Source: Candidatus Babeliales bacterium
Lineage (GTDB): Bacteria > Babelota > Babeliae > Babelales > RVW-14
DNA length: 64,000 nt
Direction: 5' to 3'
Assembly: GCA_019749895.1 (NCBI GenBank)
Contig: JAIEPG010000002.1
Span: forward strand, 133,750 to 197,749
Shown: piece after piece, positions 20,931 through 36,157 of the stretch
Layout: every line of letters starts with the position of its first letter
Position numbering within the stretch: position 1 is the stretch's first letter
Translations under genes and position numbers: made by a program
Notes under the pieces: generated by a model
Database searches by the model: none
Told to the model about the DNA's origin: nothing
What the model saw: only the letters and a program-made list of their open reading frames with translations

Positions 20931-21113
20931 ATGAATAAGATTCTCTTGTTTGTTAACGAAGTAAAAAATGAGCTAAGAAAGATCTCTTGGCCAAGTCGAG
21001 ATGAGCTTGTGGGAGCAACTATTATTGTTTGTATCCTTGTGTTAGTCCTTTCCACAATACTTGGCTCCATGGACTTTTTCTTTAGCTTTGTTATAAAAAA
21101 ATTTATTATGTAG
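20931..21113 (+). CDS. secE: Preprotein translocase subunit SecE
   Basis: FVNEVKNELRKISWPSRDEL is followed by a single TM helix. The position between tRNA-Trp and nusG is canonical. I preferred the ATG at 20931; the GTG at 20904 (track start) remains an alternative. Confidence 0.85.
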   Translation: MNKILLFVNEVKNELRKISWPSRDELVGATIIVCILVLVLSTILGSMDFFFSFVIKKFIM

Positions 21114-21181
21114 CCTTTTGGGCTTCAAATTAATGCTTTTTTAAAGTAAACTCTATAACTACGTGGGGCTAGATTTAGGCT

Positions 21182-21700
21182 ATGAAACGTTGGTATGTCG
21201 TCCAGGTTTATACCGGATACGAAGATATTGTAAAAACCGATTTAGAAAAACGCGTCCAGGAAGAGAATCTGACTGAATTATTCGGTGAAATTCTGGTTCC
21301 AACGGGCGAGGTGGCAAGTTTCTTTGCTGAGGAAAAATCCAAGAAGGAAAAAATTTTTCCTGGGTATTTACTTATCAACATGGATATGACTGGCGAAACA
21401 TTCAGACTTGTTGCATCAAACCCTCGCGTTACAAGATTTTTAGGTGGAGAAAGTCCTGCTCCTCTTTCTGATAAAGAAGTTGGGCGCATTTTCTCTCAAA
21501 TGTCTGGAGAGCTGGCTATTGCGACAGAGAAAGAAGCCTTTGTTGTTGGCAGCGAAGTTAATATTTGTAGCGGACCTTTTTCAGGGTTTGTGGGCATTAT
21601 TGACAAAACAGACGATGAAAAAGAACGACTTACCGTTATGGTAAGCATTTTTGGTAGATTAACTCCAGTAGAATTGGGATTTGATCAAGTAAAGAAATAG
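21182..21700 (+). CDS. nusG: Transcription termination/antitermination factor NusG
   Basis: N-terminal KRWYVVQVYTGYE (NGN domain) and a C-terminal KOW motif (GSEVNICSGPFSGFVGII). Confidence 0.95.
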   Translation: MKRWYVVQVYTGYEDIVKTDLEKRVQEENLTELFGEILVPTGEVASFFAEEKSKKEKIFPGYLLINMDMTGETFRLVASNPRVTRFLGGESPAPLSDKEVGRIFSQMSGELAIATEKEAFVVGSEVNICSGPFSGFVGIIDKTDDEKERLTVMVSIFGRLTPVELGFDQVKK

Positions 21701-21751
21701 CAATGGGATCGCTAAAGAGCAATAACAGAAGGTAGATTGTTAGGTAAAAGC

Positions 21752-22177
21752 ATGTCAAAAAAAATAAAAGCTAATGTTAGAATACGTCTTCAAGGAGGCG
21801 CCGCGACTCCTGCTCCACCAGTAGGTTCGATGCTTGGTCAACATGGTGTTAATCTTATGGACTTTTGTAAGAAGTTTAACGCCGCTACTGCAAATCAAAA
21901 GGGCGAAACAGTGCCTCTCGTTGTTACTGTTTACGTTGATAAAACTTTTGATTTTGTTACCAAAACTGCACCAGTGTCAGAGTTGCTCAGAAAAAAAGCA
22001 AACATCAAAAAAGGCTCCAGTAATCCTGGTAAGGATTCCGCTGGAACAATTCAGATGAAAGACATTGAAGAAATTGCTAAAATGAAAATGGTCAACTTAA
22101 ATGCTGCAGACCTTGAAGCAGCAAAAAAGACCATTGCTGGCAGCGCTCGCAGCATGGGCCTTAAGGTTATTGAGTAA
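21752..22177 (+). CDS. rplK: 50S ribosomal protein L11
   Basis: ATPAPPVGSMLGQHGVNLMDFCKKFN is present. I set the start to the ATG at 21752 (MSKKIK...). Confidence 0.95.
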   Translation: MSKKIKANVRIRLQGGAATPAPPVGSMLGQHGVNLMDFCKKFNAATANQKGETVPLVVTVYVDKTFDFVTKTAPVSELLRKKANIKKGSSNPGKDSAGTIQMKDIEEIAKMKMVNLNAADLEAAKKTIAGSARSMGLKVIE

Positions 22178-22234
22178 TATAACGTCGTTATAACTGGTTC
22201 ATCTTAAAATTAATTATTGTAGTAGGATCGATAC

Positions 22235-22927
22235 ATGGGTAACGTTAGTAAAAATCATAAAAAGGTACAAGAGCTGCTGGCAAAAACCGAAATAACTAAT
22301 TGGAAATCAGCGCTTGATTTTGTTACCAAAAATACATACACCAAATTTGATGAATCAGTTGATGCAGACATTACACTGGGCATTGATGCATCAAAGGGTG
22401 ATCAAACCGTTCGTGGTTCAGTTCTTTTGCCTCATGGCCTTGGCAAGAAAGTTCGCGTTCTTGTTTTTGCTAAAGGACAATACGAAGAAGATGCAAGAAA
22501 AGCCGGCGCTGATTTTGTTGGTGCTGATGATCTTGTAGAGAAAATTGAAGGTGGATGGATGGACTTTGATGCAGCTGTTGCAACACCTGATTTAATGGGC
22601 CTTGTAGGTAAAGTAGCAAAAGTTTTGGGACCTCGAGGTTTGTTGCCAAATAAAAAAATTGGCACCGTTACTTTTGATGTTGCAGACATTGTTTCTGATC
22701 TGAAAAAAGGACGTTTATCTTTCCGTAATGATAAGGGTGGCGTATTGCATGCACCGTTTGGAAAGGCTTCTTTTGGCTCAGAAAAGCTTATAGAAAACCT
22801 TGCAGCACTTATTAAAGCTATTCAATCCTGCAAACCTGCGTCATCAAAAGGTAAATTCTTAAGAAAAATTACCATCTCATCTACGATGGGCGTTGGCGTA
22901 ATAATTAATCCTGACGAAATTGGCTAA
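22235..22927 (+). CDS. rplA: 50S ribosomal protein L1
   Basis: FDESVDADITLGID...QTVRGSVLLPHGLGK and GADDLVEKIEGGWMDFD are typical of uL1. Confidence 0.95.
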   Translation: MGNVSKNHKKVQELLAKTEITNWKSALDFVTKNTYTKFDESVDADITLGIDASKGDQTVRGSVLLPHGLGKKVRVLVFAKGQYEEDARKAGADFVGADDLVEKIEGGWMDFDAAVATPDLMGLVGKVAKVLGPRGLLPNKKIGTVTFDVADIVSDLKKGRLSFRNDKGGVLHAPFGKASFGSEKLIENLAALIKAIQSCKPASSKGKFLRKITISSTMGVGVIINPDEIG

Positions 22928-22956
22928 ATAGGCATACAAGCAAAAGGAATCGAACA

Positions 22957-23466
22957 ATGAACCGTCAACAAAAAGAAAGTGTAATTTCTGATTTTGCAAA
23001 GATGCTTTCAGAATCACAAAGCACTATTCTTGTTAAATATAAAGGTCTCAGTGTTGACCGCATGCAGTCACTCAGAAAAGATCTGCGTGAAGATGGTGGC
23101 AGTCTAAAAGTTACCAAAGCACGTCTTATGAAGATTGCTGCACAACAAGTTACTGCAAACATTCAAGGGCTTACTGAGTTCCAAGAACATTTTCATGATC
23201 AAGTAGGCCTTGTTTTTAGCAAAGAAGACAATATTTCGGCATTGGCAAAAAGACTTGTTGATTTCTCAAAAAATAACGAATCTTTTGGGATGATCGCAGG
23301 CCTTTATGAGGCTCGTCTTGTTTCAATCAATGAGCTCAAGACATTAGCTTCATTGCCTTCTCGAGATGTATTGTTGGCTATTGTTGCCGGTACATTAAAA
23401 GAGCCAATTGCGCGATTTGCACGAGCATTGCAATTGATTGTTGAAAGCCGAAAAGAAAATATATAA
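22957..23466 (+). CDS. rplJ: 50S ribosomal protein L10
   Basis: The call rests on its position in rplKAJL and a uL10-like N-terminus (KESVISDFAKML...ILVKYKGLSVDRMQSLRKDLRE). Confidence 0.9.
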   Translation: MNRQQKESVISDFAKMLSESQSTILVKYKGLSVDRMQSLRKDLREDGGSLKVTKARLMKIAAQQVTANIQGLTEFQEHFHDQVGLVFSKEDNISALAKRLVDFSKNNESFGMIAGLYEARLVSINELKTLASLPSRDVLLAIVAGTLKEPIARFARALQLIVESRKENI

Positions 23467-23650
23467 AGAAAAAGCCTTTAAATATGGGCAAATGTCTTGT
23501 ATATTGTCAATCTGTGTGGTAACATGATCGTTACTATTCAGACAATAATGGCAAATTTAAAATGATCAAAAAAGCAGATTTTTGAGTAGATTTTGATTGT
23601 TGAATAAGTTTTTATTAATGGTAATTCGTTAGTTGTTAGGGAGTTGTCTC

Positions 23651-24019
23651 ATGGCGTCAAGATTGGTTGAAGAAATAAGCAAAATGTCCGTAATGGAACT
23701 TGCTGAACTTGTTAAAGAAATTGAAGAGTTTTTTGGTGTTTCAGCAGCAGCTCAAGCGGTAGCAGCAGCTCCAGCAGCAGGTGGCGCAGCTCCAGCAGCA
23801 GAAGCTAAAACTGAATTTAAAGTAATCCTCAAAGATGGTGGTAGCGAAAAGATTAAAGTTATTAAAGCTCTTCGCACAGTAACTACGCTTTCCCTTGGTG
23901 ATGCTAAAAAAGCAGTTGATGAAGTACCATTTACTGTTTCAGAAGCTGCTCCTAAAGAAGAAGCAGAAAAAATAAAGAAAGCTCTTGAAGAAGCCGGCGC
24001 AAAGGTTGAGCTCTCTTAA
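23651..24019 (+). CDS. rplL: 50S ribosomal protein L7/L12
   Basis: [19 protein letters not shown], an Ala/Pro-rich hinge and a C-terminal domain ([21 protein letters not shown]...[18 protein letters not shown]). Start set to the ATG at 23651. Confidence 0.95.
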   Translation: MASRLVEEISKMSVMELAELVKEIEEFFGVSAAAQAVAAAPAAGGAAPAAEAKTEFKVILKDGGSEKIKVIKALRTVTTLSLGDAKKAVDEVPFTVSEAAPKEEAEKIKKALEEAGAKVELS

Positions 24020-24062
24020 TTCTTCTTTGTTACTTTTTTATTTTTTATTTTAGTGCATTTTT

Positions 24063-24109
24063 GAGAATGCCCATTTTTAAACAAGACATTGTTTTAAAAT
24101 GGGATTCTC
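24063..24109 (+). terminator. Possible attenuator hairpin in the rplL-rpoB spacer
   Basis: Imperfect inverted repeat GAGAATgCCCATTTT ... AAAATGGGATTCTC with one bulge. No clean T-run follows it, so this is at best a partial terminator like the one known at this position in E. coli. Confidence 0.3.
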
Positions 24110-24172
24110 TCGTCATTAGGCGTTTTTGTTCAGATAAGTTGCTAGTGCTTTTTTAGGGTTAGGAGCAATTGG

Positions 24173-28495
<4,323 letters not shown>

Positions 28496-28499
28496 TAGA

Positions 28500-31400
28500 A
28501 TGCTTGAACGATTTCGTGAATACATCAATACAACACAGTTTAATGCGATCAGAATAGGCATTGCTTCACCAGAAAAGATTCGCTCTCTTTCGTATGGTGA
28601 AGTAAAAAAGATTGAAACCATTAACTATCGTACGCTTAAACCTGAACGTGATGGTTTATTTTGCGCTCGCATTTTTGGTCCAGTAAAAGACTGGGAATGT
28701 AATTGCGGTAAATATAAGCGCATGAAACATCGTGGTGTTACCTGTGAAAAATGTGGTGTTGAAGTTATTCAATCACGTGTACGTCGTGAACGGATGGGAC
28801 ATATCAATCTTGTTTCTCCTGTTTGCCATATTTGGTTTTTAAAGGGTATTCCAAGCTATTTAAGCTTGATTATAGGCATGACTGTTCGTGACCTTGAACG
28901 TATTATCTATTTTGATAGTTACATAGTTATCAATCAAGGTAACTCTCCATATCCTCAAAAAACGCTGCTCAACAGCCAAGAATATGAAGAATATGTCAGT
29001 TCACATGCCGAAGATATCACCTTTAATGCAGGTATGGGCGCAGAAGCAATCAGAACACTGCTCACCGGCATTGACCTGAACTTTGAAGTCAGAAAAATAG
29101 AAGAAGAATATAAAAAAACAACATCGATTGCCGTTAAGCATAGACTTGCAAAACGTTACAAAGTTCTTTACAGCATGCTTCAAGCAACTATTCGTCCAGA
29201 ATGGGTTTGTTTTGAGGTGCTGCCAGTAATTCCACCAGATTTACGTCCTCTTGTTCCTCTTGAAGGCGGACGCTTTGCCAGCTCAGACTTGAACGATCTT
29301 TATCGACGTGTTTTAAATAGAAACATTCGTCTCAGAAGACTTATTGAACTTGAAGCTCCAGACGTTATTATCAAAAACGAAAAACGTATGCTTCAAGAAT
29401 CAGTTGATGCGTTGATAGACAACGGTCGTAGAGGCCAACCAGTAAGAGGTTCAAACCGTCGCCCTCTTAAATCATTAAGCGAAATGCTTCGTGGTAAGCA
29501 AGGTCGATTCCGTCAAAACTTGCTCGGTAAGCGCGTAGACTATTCAGGTCGTTCTGTTATTGTGGTAGAACCAGAACTTGAAATGCATCAATGCGGATTA
29601 CCAAAATTAATGGCACTTGAACTCTTTAAACCTTATGTTTATGTTGAGTTGCAAAAGCGAGAACTCGCTACAAACTTACGCGTTGCAAAACGCATGGTTG
29701 AAGAAATGACTGCTGAAGTCTGGGAAGCATTGGAAGAAGTTGTTAAAGACCGCGCAGTACTATTAAACCGTGCTCCAACATTGCATCGTTTGGGTATTCA
29801 AGCCTTCTATCCAATTTTAGTAGAAGGTAAATCTATTAAGATTCATCCACTCGTTTGCGCAGCATTTAACGCCGACTTTGACGGTGACCAAATGGCAGTG
29901 CACGTACCGTTGAGCAAAAAAGCTCGAACAGAGGCAGTTAATCTTATGCTTTCTGTTAACAACTTGCTTTCCCCTGCAAACGGACGCCCACTTTCTACAC
30001 CAACCAAAGACATGGTACTTGGCCTGTACTACATGACCAAAGGACGCAAAAATGTATCTGGTGAAGGCTTAGTTTTCTCAAGTATTCATGAGGTTATTTA
30101 CGCTTACCAACATGAACAAGTCAGTATTCATGCACCAATTAAAGTACGTTTAAAAAACAACATTCTTGTTGAAACAACGGTTGGTCGCGTTATTGTATAC
30201 GAAGCACTTCCTGAAGGATCTGACTTCAACTGGGTAAATAAAGCAGTTAAGAAAAAAGATCTTGGAACATTGGTTGCTTCGCTCCATAAGTATTTTGGTA
30301 GCCATGCAACAGTTAAGACATTAGATAAAATTAAAAAACTTGGTTTTTCGTATGCTACATTTGGCGGCGTTTCATTGTCTATTGATAACTTAATTATTCC
30401 TGATGAAAAACAAAGCATCCTTAACGACAGCAAAAAACAAGTAGAAAAAGCTGAGCAACTTTATGTTGACGGTATTATTACCAACGGTGAACGTCTCAAT
30501 AAAATTATTCAAATTTGGGCGCGTGCCACTGAAGACGTAGCTAACAAAATGTTAAATGTTCTTGAGAAAGAAGATCGTGCAGCAGCTACTAACACCGACA
30601 AAAACAATAAGCCTTTCAACTCAGTCTTTTTGATGCTTGATTCAGGAGCTCGTGGTTCTAAACAACAAATTCAACAGCTGGCCGGTATGCGAGGACTAAT
30701 GGCTCGACCATCTGGTGAAATTATGGAAACACCGGTTTTGGCAAACTTTAAAGAAGGCTTAAGTGTATTTGAATACTTCGTATCAACACACGGGGCTCGT
30801 AAAGGTTTGGCAGATACAGCTCTTAAAACAGCTGACTCTGGTTATTTAACTCGTCGACTTGTTGACGTTGCACAAGATATGGTAATTACTCAGGCAGATT
30901 GTCAAACTCTTGGTTATATTGGCTTATGTGATATTGCTGAATCAGGTGAAATTATAGAATCTATTGGCAAACGAGCATATGGTCGTATTGCTGCAGAAGA
31001 TATAAAGGATCCATTCACCGGAAAACTAATCGCAACCCAAGACTCATTACTTACTGAAAGCATTGTTGAACAAATCAACGATTCAGCTGTGAACAAAATA
31101 AATGTTCGATCAGCATTAACGTGTCAAGCAAAACGTGGCATGTGTGCTAAGTGCTATGGTATGGATCTTTCAACCCAAAGATTGGTTGATATCGGTACAG
31201 CTGTAGGTATTCTTGCTGCACAGTCAATTGGTGAACCAGGTACACAGCTTACCATGAGAACTTTCCACATCGGGGGTACAGCAAGCGGTCTGGTAGAACA
31301 ATACCACTACAAGGCTCGTTTTGACGGTAAAGTTGCTTATCGCGATGTTCACGCAGTAAAAAATCGTGATGGTTTGTGGACAGTAATGAATCGTAAATCA

Positions 31401-32612
31401 AAAGTTGTTATCATACAAGAAGATGGTCGCGAACTAGAAGAATACAAACTAGAATACGGTTCTCTTATCTTTGTTAACGACAATGCAACGATTAAAGCTG
31501 GCGAAAAAATTGCTGAATGGGAACCTCATAAAGTAATTATGTCTGAAAAGGCTGGTTGCGCTCAGTTTATTGACTTGATTGAAAACGTTACTTATCAGGA
31601 ACGGTTCGACGAAACAACAGGGATGTCTCTTAAGATTATTCTTGAACGTCGTGATGAAAAACGCCAACCATGCGTTGTGGTATTTGACAAAGAAGGCGGT
31701 GAAGAAGCTCGTTATTATCTTCCAACCGGCGCTATATTAATTGTTAAGCCAAATGCAATGGTACTTCCTGGTGATGCACTTGCAAAGCTACCTCGTGAAG
31801 AAACAAGAACTAAGGATATTACCGGTGGCTTGCCACGTATTGCAGAATTGTTTGAAGCACGTATTCCAAAAGATACCGCAATTATCAGTGAAGTAGATGG
31901 TATTGTTAGATTCGGTGGTCTTCATAGAGGCCAACGTCGCGTTACCGTAACCACTGAAGAAGGCGAAGTTTTCGAATATAGTATTCCAAGAAACAAACAA
32001 CTTCTCGTTGAAGACAACGAAGCTATTAAAGCTGGTGACCCACTCTGTTCTGGTGTTCTCAACGTTCATGATATTTTGAGAATTTTAGGACCAGACGAAG
32101 TACAAAAATATCTTGTAAAAGAAGTGCAAGAAATTTACACCTTACAAGGTATTGAGATTAACGATAAGCATATTGAGTTGATTGTTAAGCAAATGCTTCG
32201 CAAAGTTCGTATCATAGATGCTGGCGACACTAACTTTGTTGTTGGCGATCGTGTTGATAAAAACCATCTTCAAGCAGTTAACAAGCTTATTGCTCAAGCA
32301 GGTAAAAAGATTGCTACAACAAAGCCTATTTTAATGGGTATTACTAAAGCATCTTTGGGAACAGAAAGCTTCTTGTCAGCAGCATCGTTCCAAAATACAA
32401 CACACGTATTGACTGAAGCATCGTTAGCTGGACAAATTGACTATCTTTACGGATTGAAAGAAAACATACAAATTGGTAAACTTATTCCGGCAGGAACAGG
32501 AGTCCCTTCCTTTAGGCTTCAGCATATTGGGGAAGAGATTTCTGACCTTGAACGACAAGCACGAGAAGAAGAAAGACTTGAAATTGGCCTTGATGAAATT
32601 TCTCTTAGCTAA
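28500..32612 (+). CDS. rpoC: DNA-directed RNA polymerase beta' subunit
   Basis: Zinc motif CNCGKYK...CEKCG, catalytic NADFDGDQM, and a trigger-loop region with a large insertion as in Gram-negative lineages. I preferred the ATG at 28500, 4 nt after the rpoB stop. The track GTG at 28488 would overlap rpoB by 8 nt. Confidence 0.97.
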   Translation: MLERFREYINTTQFNAIRIGIASPEKIRSLSYGEVKKIETINYRTLKPERDGLFCARIFGPVKDWECNCGKYKRMKHRGVTCEKCGVEVIQSRVRRERMGHINLVSPVCHIWFLKGIPSYLSLIIGMTVRDLERIIYFDSYIVINQGNSPYPQKTLLNSQEYEEYVSSHAEDITFNAGMGAEAIRTLLTGIDLNFEVRKIEEEYKKTTSIAVKHRLAKRYKVLYSMLQATIRPEWVCFEVLPVIPPDLRPLVPLEGGRFASSDLNDLYRRVLNRNIRLRRLIELEAPDVIIKNEKRMLQESVDALIDNGRRGQPVRGSNRRPLKSLSEMLRGKQGRFRQNLLGKRVDYSGRSVIVVEPELEMHQCGLPKLMALELFKPYVYVELQKRELATNLRVAKRMVEEMTAEVWEALEEVVKDRAVLLNRAPTLHRLGIQAFYPILVEGKSIKIHPLVCAAFNADFDGDQMAVHVPLSKKARTEAVNLMLSVNNLLSPANGRPLSTPTKDMVLGLYYMTKGRKNVSGEGLVFSSIHEVIYAYQHEQVSIHAPIKVRLKNNILVETTVGRVIVYEALPEGSDFNWVNKAVKKKDLGTLVASLHKYFGSHATVKTLDKIKKLGFSYATFGGVSLSIDNLIIPDEKQSILNDSKKQVEKAEQLYVDGIITNGERLNKIIQIWARATEDVANKMLNVLEKEDRAAATNTDKNNKPFNSVFLMLDSGARGSKQQIQQLAGMRGLMARPSGEIMETPVLANFKEGLSVFEYFVSTHGARKGLADTALKTADSGYLTRRLVDVAQDMVITQADCQTLGYIGLCDIAESGEIIESIGKRAYGRIAAEDIKDPFTGKLIATQDSLLTESIVEQINDSAVNKINVRSALTCQAKRGMCAKCYGMDLSTQRLVDIGTAVGILAAQSIGEPGTQLTMRTFHIGGTASGLVEQYHYKARFDGKVAYRDVHAVKNRDGLWTVMNRKSKVVIIQEDGRELEEYKLEYGSLIFVNDNATIKAGEKIAEWEPHKVIMSEKAGCAQFIDLIENVTYQERFDETTGMSLKIILERRDEKRQPCVVVFDKEGGEEARYYLPTGAILIVKPNAMVLPGDALAKLPREETRTKDITGGLPRIAELFEARIPKDTAIISEVDGIVRFGGLHRGQRRVTVTTEEGEVFEYSIPRNKQLLVEDNEAIKAGDPLCSGVLNVHDILRILGPDEVQKYLVKEVQEIYTLQGIEINDKHIELIVKQMLRKVRIIDAGDTNFVVGDRVDKNHLQAVNKLIAQAGKKIATTKPILMGITKASLGTESFLSAASFQNTTHVLTEASLAGQIDYLYGLKENIQIGKLIPAGTGVPSFRLQHIGEEISDLERQAREEERLEIGLDEISLS

Positions 32613-32622
32613 ATAGGTTTGT

Positions 32623-32698
32623 AGGCACGTAGCTCAGTTGGTAGAGCATTGCTTTGACGTAGCAGAGGTCAGCGGTTCGACTCCGCTCGTGCCTACCA
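32623..32698 (+). tRNA. tRNA-Val (anticodon GAC)
   Basis: Acceptor AGGCACG/CGTGCCT, D-arm GCTC..GAGC, anticodon stem TTGCT/AGCAG with loop TTGACGT, T-loop TTCGACT, encoded CCA. Confidence 0.85.
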
Positions 32699-32719
32699 TT
32701 TAGACAAGAGAAGTTGTTC

Positions 32720-32748
32720 TTGATTAAAATAGAAATAAACGATATTAT
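32720..32748 (+). promoter_or_regulatory. Candidate sigma70-type promoter for rpsO-pnp
   Basis: TTGATT-N17-TATTAT lies about 70 nt upstream of the rpsO start. Such matches also occur by chance in AT-rich DNA. Confidence 0.35.
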
Positions 32749-32819
32749 AGATTTGTGTATTTTTAGAAGTTAAATTGACTATTTGTAATCAAAAATAGTT
32801 TTAAATTTGAGGTTCTCGA

Positions 32820-33086
32820 ATGTTAAATAAAGAGGAAAAAAGCAACATCATTGCAAAGTTTGCTAAATCAGCAAATGACACTGGTTCATGTGAAGTGCAA
32901 ATAGCGCTTATCTCTAAGCGAATTAGCCAACTTTCAGAACATTTGCAAAAGTTTCCTAAAGACAATCATTCCCGCAGAGGACTTCTGTGTATGCTTGGAC
33001 GTCGCAAAGCGTTTCTCAAGTATTTGGAAAGAACTGACTTTAAGAGCTACAGCACTATTTCTCAATCCATGAAAGAATTGAGCTAA
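32820..33086 (+). CDS. rpsO: 30S ribosomal protein S15
   Basis: TGSCEVQIALISKRISQLSEHLQKFPKDNHSRRGLLCMLGRRKAFLKYL is typical of uS15. 88 aa. Confidence 0.95.
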   Translation: MLNKEEKSNIIAKFAKSANDTGSCEVQIALISKRISQLSEHLQKFPKDNHSRRGLLCMLGRRKAFLKYLERTDFKSYSTISQSMKELS

Positions 33087-33151
33087 ATCGTTAATTCTTT
33101 CATGCTACTATTATCTAAAGTCTTTTCTTTTTACTGAGAGGTACGATTATA

Positions 33152-35242
33152 ATGCACATGAAATTCAGCCTACCTGAGTTGGGTATTGAAGTTGAAATTG
33201 GTAAGTTTGCCCGACAAGCTCATGGTGCTGCCTGGGTTAAAATTGGCAACAACGTCGTGCTTTCCACTGCCGTTGCAGCTCGTGCAACAAAAGATTTTGC
33301 GGGCTTTTTTCCGTTAACTGTTGAATATCGCGAAAGACTTTCTGCTGCAGGTAAAATCCCTGGCGGCTACTTAAAACGAGAAGGTCGATTGTCTGATCAC
33401 GAAGTGCTTATTTCACGCATTATTGATCGTCCAATTCGTCCGCTGTTTCCAAGCTATTACTTCGATGAAGTACAGCTCCTTTCAACAGTCTATTCTTCAG
33501 ACGGATCGTTCCCTGCAAGCATGCTTGCCTTAATCGGTTCATCAATTGCGTTAACTATCTCTGAGATTCCATTCTTAGGGCCTGTGGGCGGTGTACAAAT
33601 TGGCCGCGTTAACGGTGAATGGAAATTTAATCTCAGCCACGAAGAAATAGAAAAATCAGACACCAACATCATTGTTGCAGGAACCAAGACCGGTATTTCT
33701 ATGGTCGAAGGAAACTGTAACGATTTGTCTGAAAAAGAATTAATAGATGTTTTGTTTTTAGCGCATGAAAAAATTAAAGCACAGGTAGACTGGCAGCTTG
33801 AAATTCAAAAAGAAATCGGCAAGCAAAAACTTGAGCTTTCAAGTACTTTTGACTGGGATGCTTTGCAAGCAAAAGTTGACGGTTTTGTTGTCGAACAAGA
33901 TATGACAAGCGTTTTTGCTGAAACAAAAAAAGAACGCAGTCTTGCTATGGACGCACTTAAAGAAAAAGTTGTTCAAAACTTTGCAGCCGACATTGAAGCT
34001 GGCACTATTTCTGAAGATATTGTAAGTCATCTCTTTGAAAATCGCGCCAAGGTTCTTCTTTCCGATATGATTGGAAAACAGCAAACGCGTATTGACGGCA
34101 GAAAACTTGATCAAGTAAGGCCTATTTCTGTTGAAACAAGCCTTTTGCCATGCGTACATGGTTCTTCTATTTTTATGCGCGGTGAAACACAAGCATTATC
34201 AAGCGTGACCCTGGGCACCTCGCAAGATGCTCAAAAGGTTGACTCACTTTTTGGGGCAACACAAGAACGCTCATTCATGCTTCACTACAACTTCCCACCA
34301 TTTTCTGTTGGTGAAGTCCGACCAATTCGCGGCGTAGGTCGTCGAGAAATTGGACATGGATTTTTAGCAGAAGCATCATTCCGCAATGTTTTGCCAACTG
34401 AAGAAGCTTTTCCTTACACCATTCGTTCAGTTGTTGATATTTTAGAATGCAACGGCTCCTCGTCAATGGCAACAGTCTGTGCAACAAGTATGGCCCTTAT
34501 GGATGCAGGGGTACCAATCAGTCAAATGGTTGGTGGTATTGCTATGGGTCTTGTAAAAGACTCTCAAGGCGGTTATCACGTTTTGACAGACATTCTTGGC
34601 ACAGAAGATGCTCTTGGCTTAATGGACTTTAAGGTAACTGGCACCACTAAAGGTATTATGGCTTTCCAGCTTGATATCAAGGATAAAGTCGGCTTATCTC
34701 GCGATCTTTTGCTCAAGGCTCTTGAACAAGCACGCACAGCTCGTTTGCACATTTTGAATAAAATGGCAGAGGTTCTTGAAAAACCGCGTGAGGAAATTTC
34801 CAGTCTTGCGCCACGCATTTTCTCATTCAAGGTTCCACAAGATAAAATTGGTGCGATCATTGGGCCCAGTGGCAAAGTTATTAAAGAAATTATTGCCAAG
34901 ACAAAAACACAAATTGATATCGATGACGATGGCACTGTTAAAATTTTCTCCAAAGATGAAGCTGCTGCAAAAGAAGCTGGCAACTGGATTAAAACCATTG
35001 TTGGAGATATTGAACCAGGAAGTTGCTACGATGGTATAGTTCGTCGTGTTGTTGATTTTGGTATCTTTGTCGAGCTGGTACCTGGCAAAGAAGGCCTCGT
35101 GCATATTTCTTCAATAGCTCGCGACAAACAACGCGACCTTGAGCGTATGTACAAAATAAATGACATTATCAAAGTTAAAGTGATTCATTTTGACAAAGAA
35201 ACTGGACGCATTCGTTTGATTGCACCAGAACTTGAAAAATAA
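33152..35242 (+). CDS. pnp: Polyribonucleotide nucleotidyltransferase (PNPase)
   Basis: Two RNase PH-like domains, KH (GAIIGPSGKVIKEI) and S1 (GIVRRVVDFGIFVEL). The rpsO-pnp synteny is canonical. Confidence 0.95.
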   Translation: MHMKFSLPELGIEVEIGKFARQAHGAAWVKIGNNVVLSTAVAARATKDFAGFFPLTVEYRERLSAAGKIPGGYLKREGRLSDHEVLISRIIDRPIRPLFPSYYFDEVQLLSTVYSSDGSFPASMLALIGSSIALTISEIPFLGPVGGVQIGRVNGEWKFNLSHEEIEKSDTNIIVAGTKTGISMVEGNCNDLSEKELIDVLFLAHEKIKAQVDWQLEIQKEIGKQKLELSSTFDWDALQAKVDGFVVEQDMTSVFAETKKERSLAMDALKEKVVQNFAADIEAGTISEDIVSHLFENRAKVLLSDMIGKQQTRIDGRKLDQVRPISVETSLLPCVHGSSIFMRGETQALSSVTLGTSQDAQKVDSLFGATQERSFMLHYNFPPFSVGEVRPIRGVGRREIGHGFLAEASFRNVLPTEEAFPYTIRSVVDILECNGSSSMATVCATSMALMDAGVPISQMVGGIAMGLVKDSQGGYHVLTDILGTEDALGLMDFKVTGTTKGIMAFQLDIKDKVGLSRDLLLKALEQARTARLHILNKMAEVLEKPREEISSLAPRIFSFKVPQDKIGAIIGPSGKVIKEIIAKTKTQIDIDDDGTVKIFSKDEAAAKEAGNWIKTIVGDIEPGSCYDGIVRRVVDFGIFVELVPGKEGLVHISSIARDKQRDLERMYKINDIIKVKVIHFDKETGRIRLIAPELEK

Positions 35243-35284
35243 ACTACTTAGTTTTTGTACTTAATCTTTTTAAATGGAAGCATC

Positions 35285-36157
35285 ATGGAATCGGCAAAGC
35301 AGCGTGTTGAACGTATTGATGGACGAAGCGTTCATCAGGTAAGACCTATCAGGGCCTACTACGACATAATCGGTTTCGCAGATGCTTCCATTTTATTCGA
35401 ACTCGGAAAAACAAAAATTCTCGTCTCAGTAACACTGCAAGACGGCGTTCCTCGCTTTTTGAAAGGCCAAAAAACTGGCTGGTTAAACGCAGAATACGCT
35501 ATGCTGCCTTGTTCAACGCAACAACGCGCTCAACGCGAAATTATGGCAGGTAAGAGAAATTCTCGAAATGTCGAAATTTCACGCTTAATTGGCCGCTGTT
35601 TACGAACTATTCTTGATCTTGATTTCATTCCGGACAAAACGATCACCGTTGATTGTGACGTATTACAAGCTGATGGCGGAACTCGCGTGGCAAGTATTAC
35701 GGCAGCAAGCTTAGCGCTTAACTTGGCTGCTAAGCGCTGGCGAGAACGTGGTGTTACTCGCGATGGATTGGTCAAAGAATCTATTGCAGCAATATCCGTT
35801 GGAATGGTACAAAACGAGCCCATGATCGATTTAAATTATAGAGAAGACTCACAAGCACAAGCAGATTTCAATGTCGTTATGACACAATCTGGCAAGCTTA
35901 TTGAGCTACAAGGGACCGCTGAAACAAATCCCGTTGATTGGCAAAGCTTTGAGCAACTCAAAGAAATGGCAATCAACGGCATTAGTAATCTCTTTCTAAC
36001 AACAGCAAGTATCACACCAGCTCTTGTTGCACAACAACAGGATATGCTGCCAATAACAAGTCATTCTGATCTTGAAAACAAAGCAACTGTTTCTCATTCC
36101 GCTCGCGTAAACCCTTTTAGCATTGCAGGCAGAATCAATGCTCATGTCCAAAAATAG
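35285..36157 (+). CDS. rph: Ribonuclease PH with a ~50-aa C-terminal extension
   Basis: RIDGRSVHQVRPI, VPRFLKGQKTGWLNAEYAMLP and CDVLQADGGTR. Start set to the ATG at 35285 (MESAKQ...). Confidence 0.9.
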   Translation: MESAKQRVERIDGRSVHQVRPIRAYYDIIGFADASILFELGKTKILVSVTLQDGVPRFLKGQKTGWLNAEYAMLPCSTQQRAQREIMAGKRNSRNVEISRLIGRCLRTILDLDFIPDKTITVDCDVLQADGGTRVASITAASLALNLAAKRWRERGVTRDGLVKESIAAISVGMVQNEPMIDLNYREDSQAQADFNVVMTQSGKLIELQGTAETNPVDWQSFEQLKEMAINGISNLFLTTASITPALVAQQQDMLPITSHSDLENKATVSHSARVNPFSIAGRINAHVQK

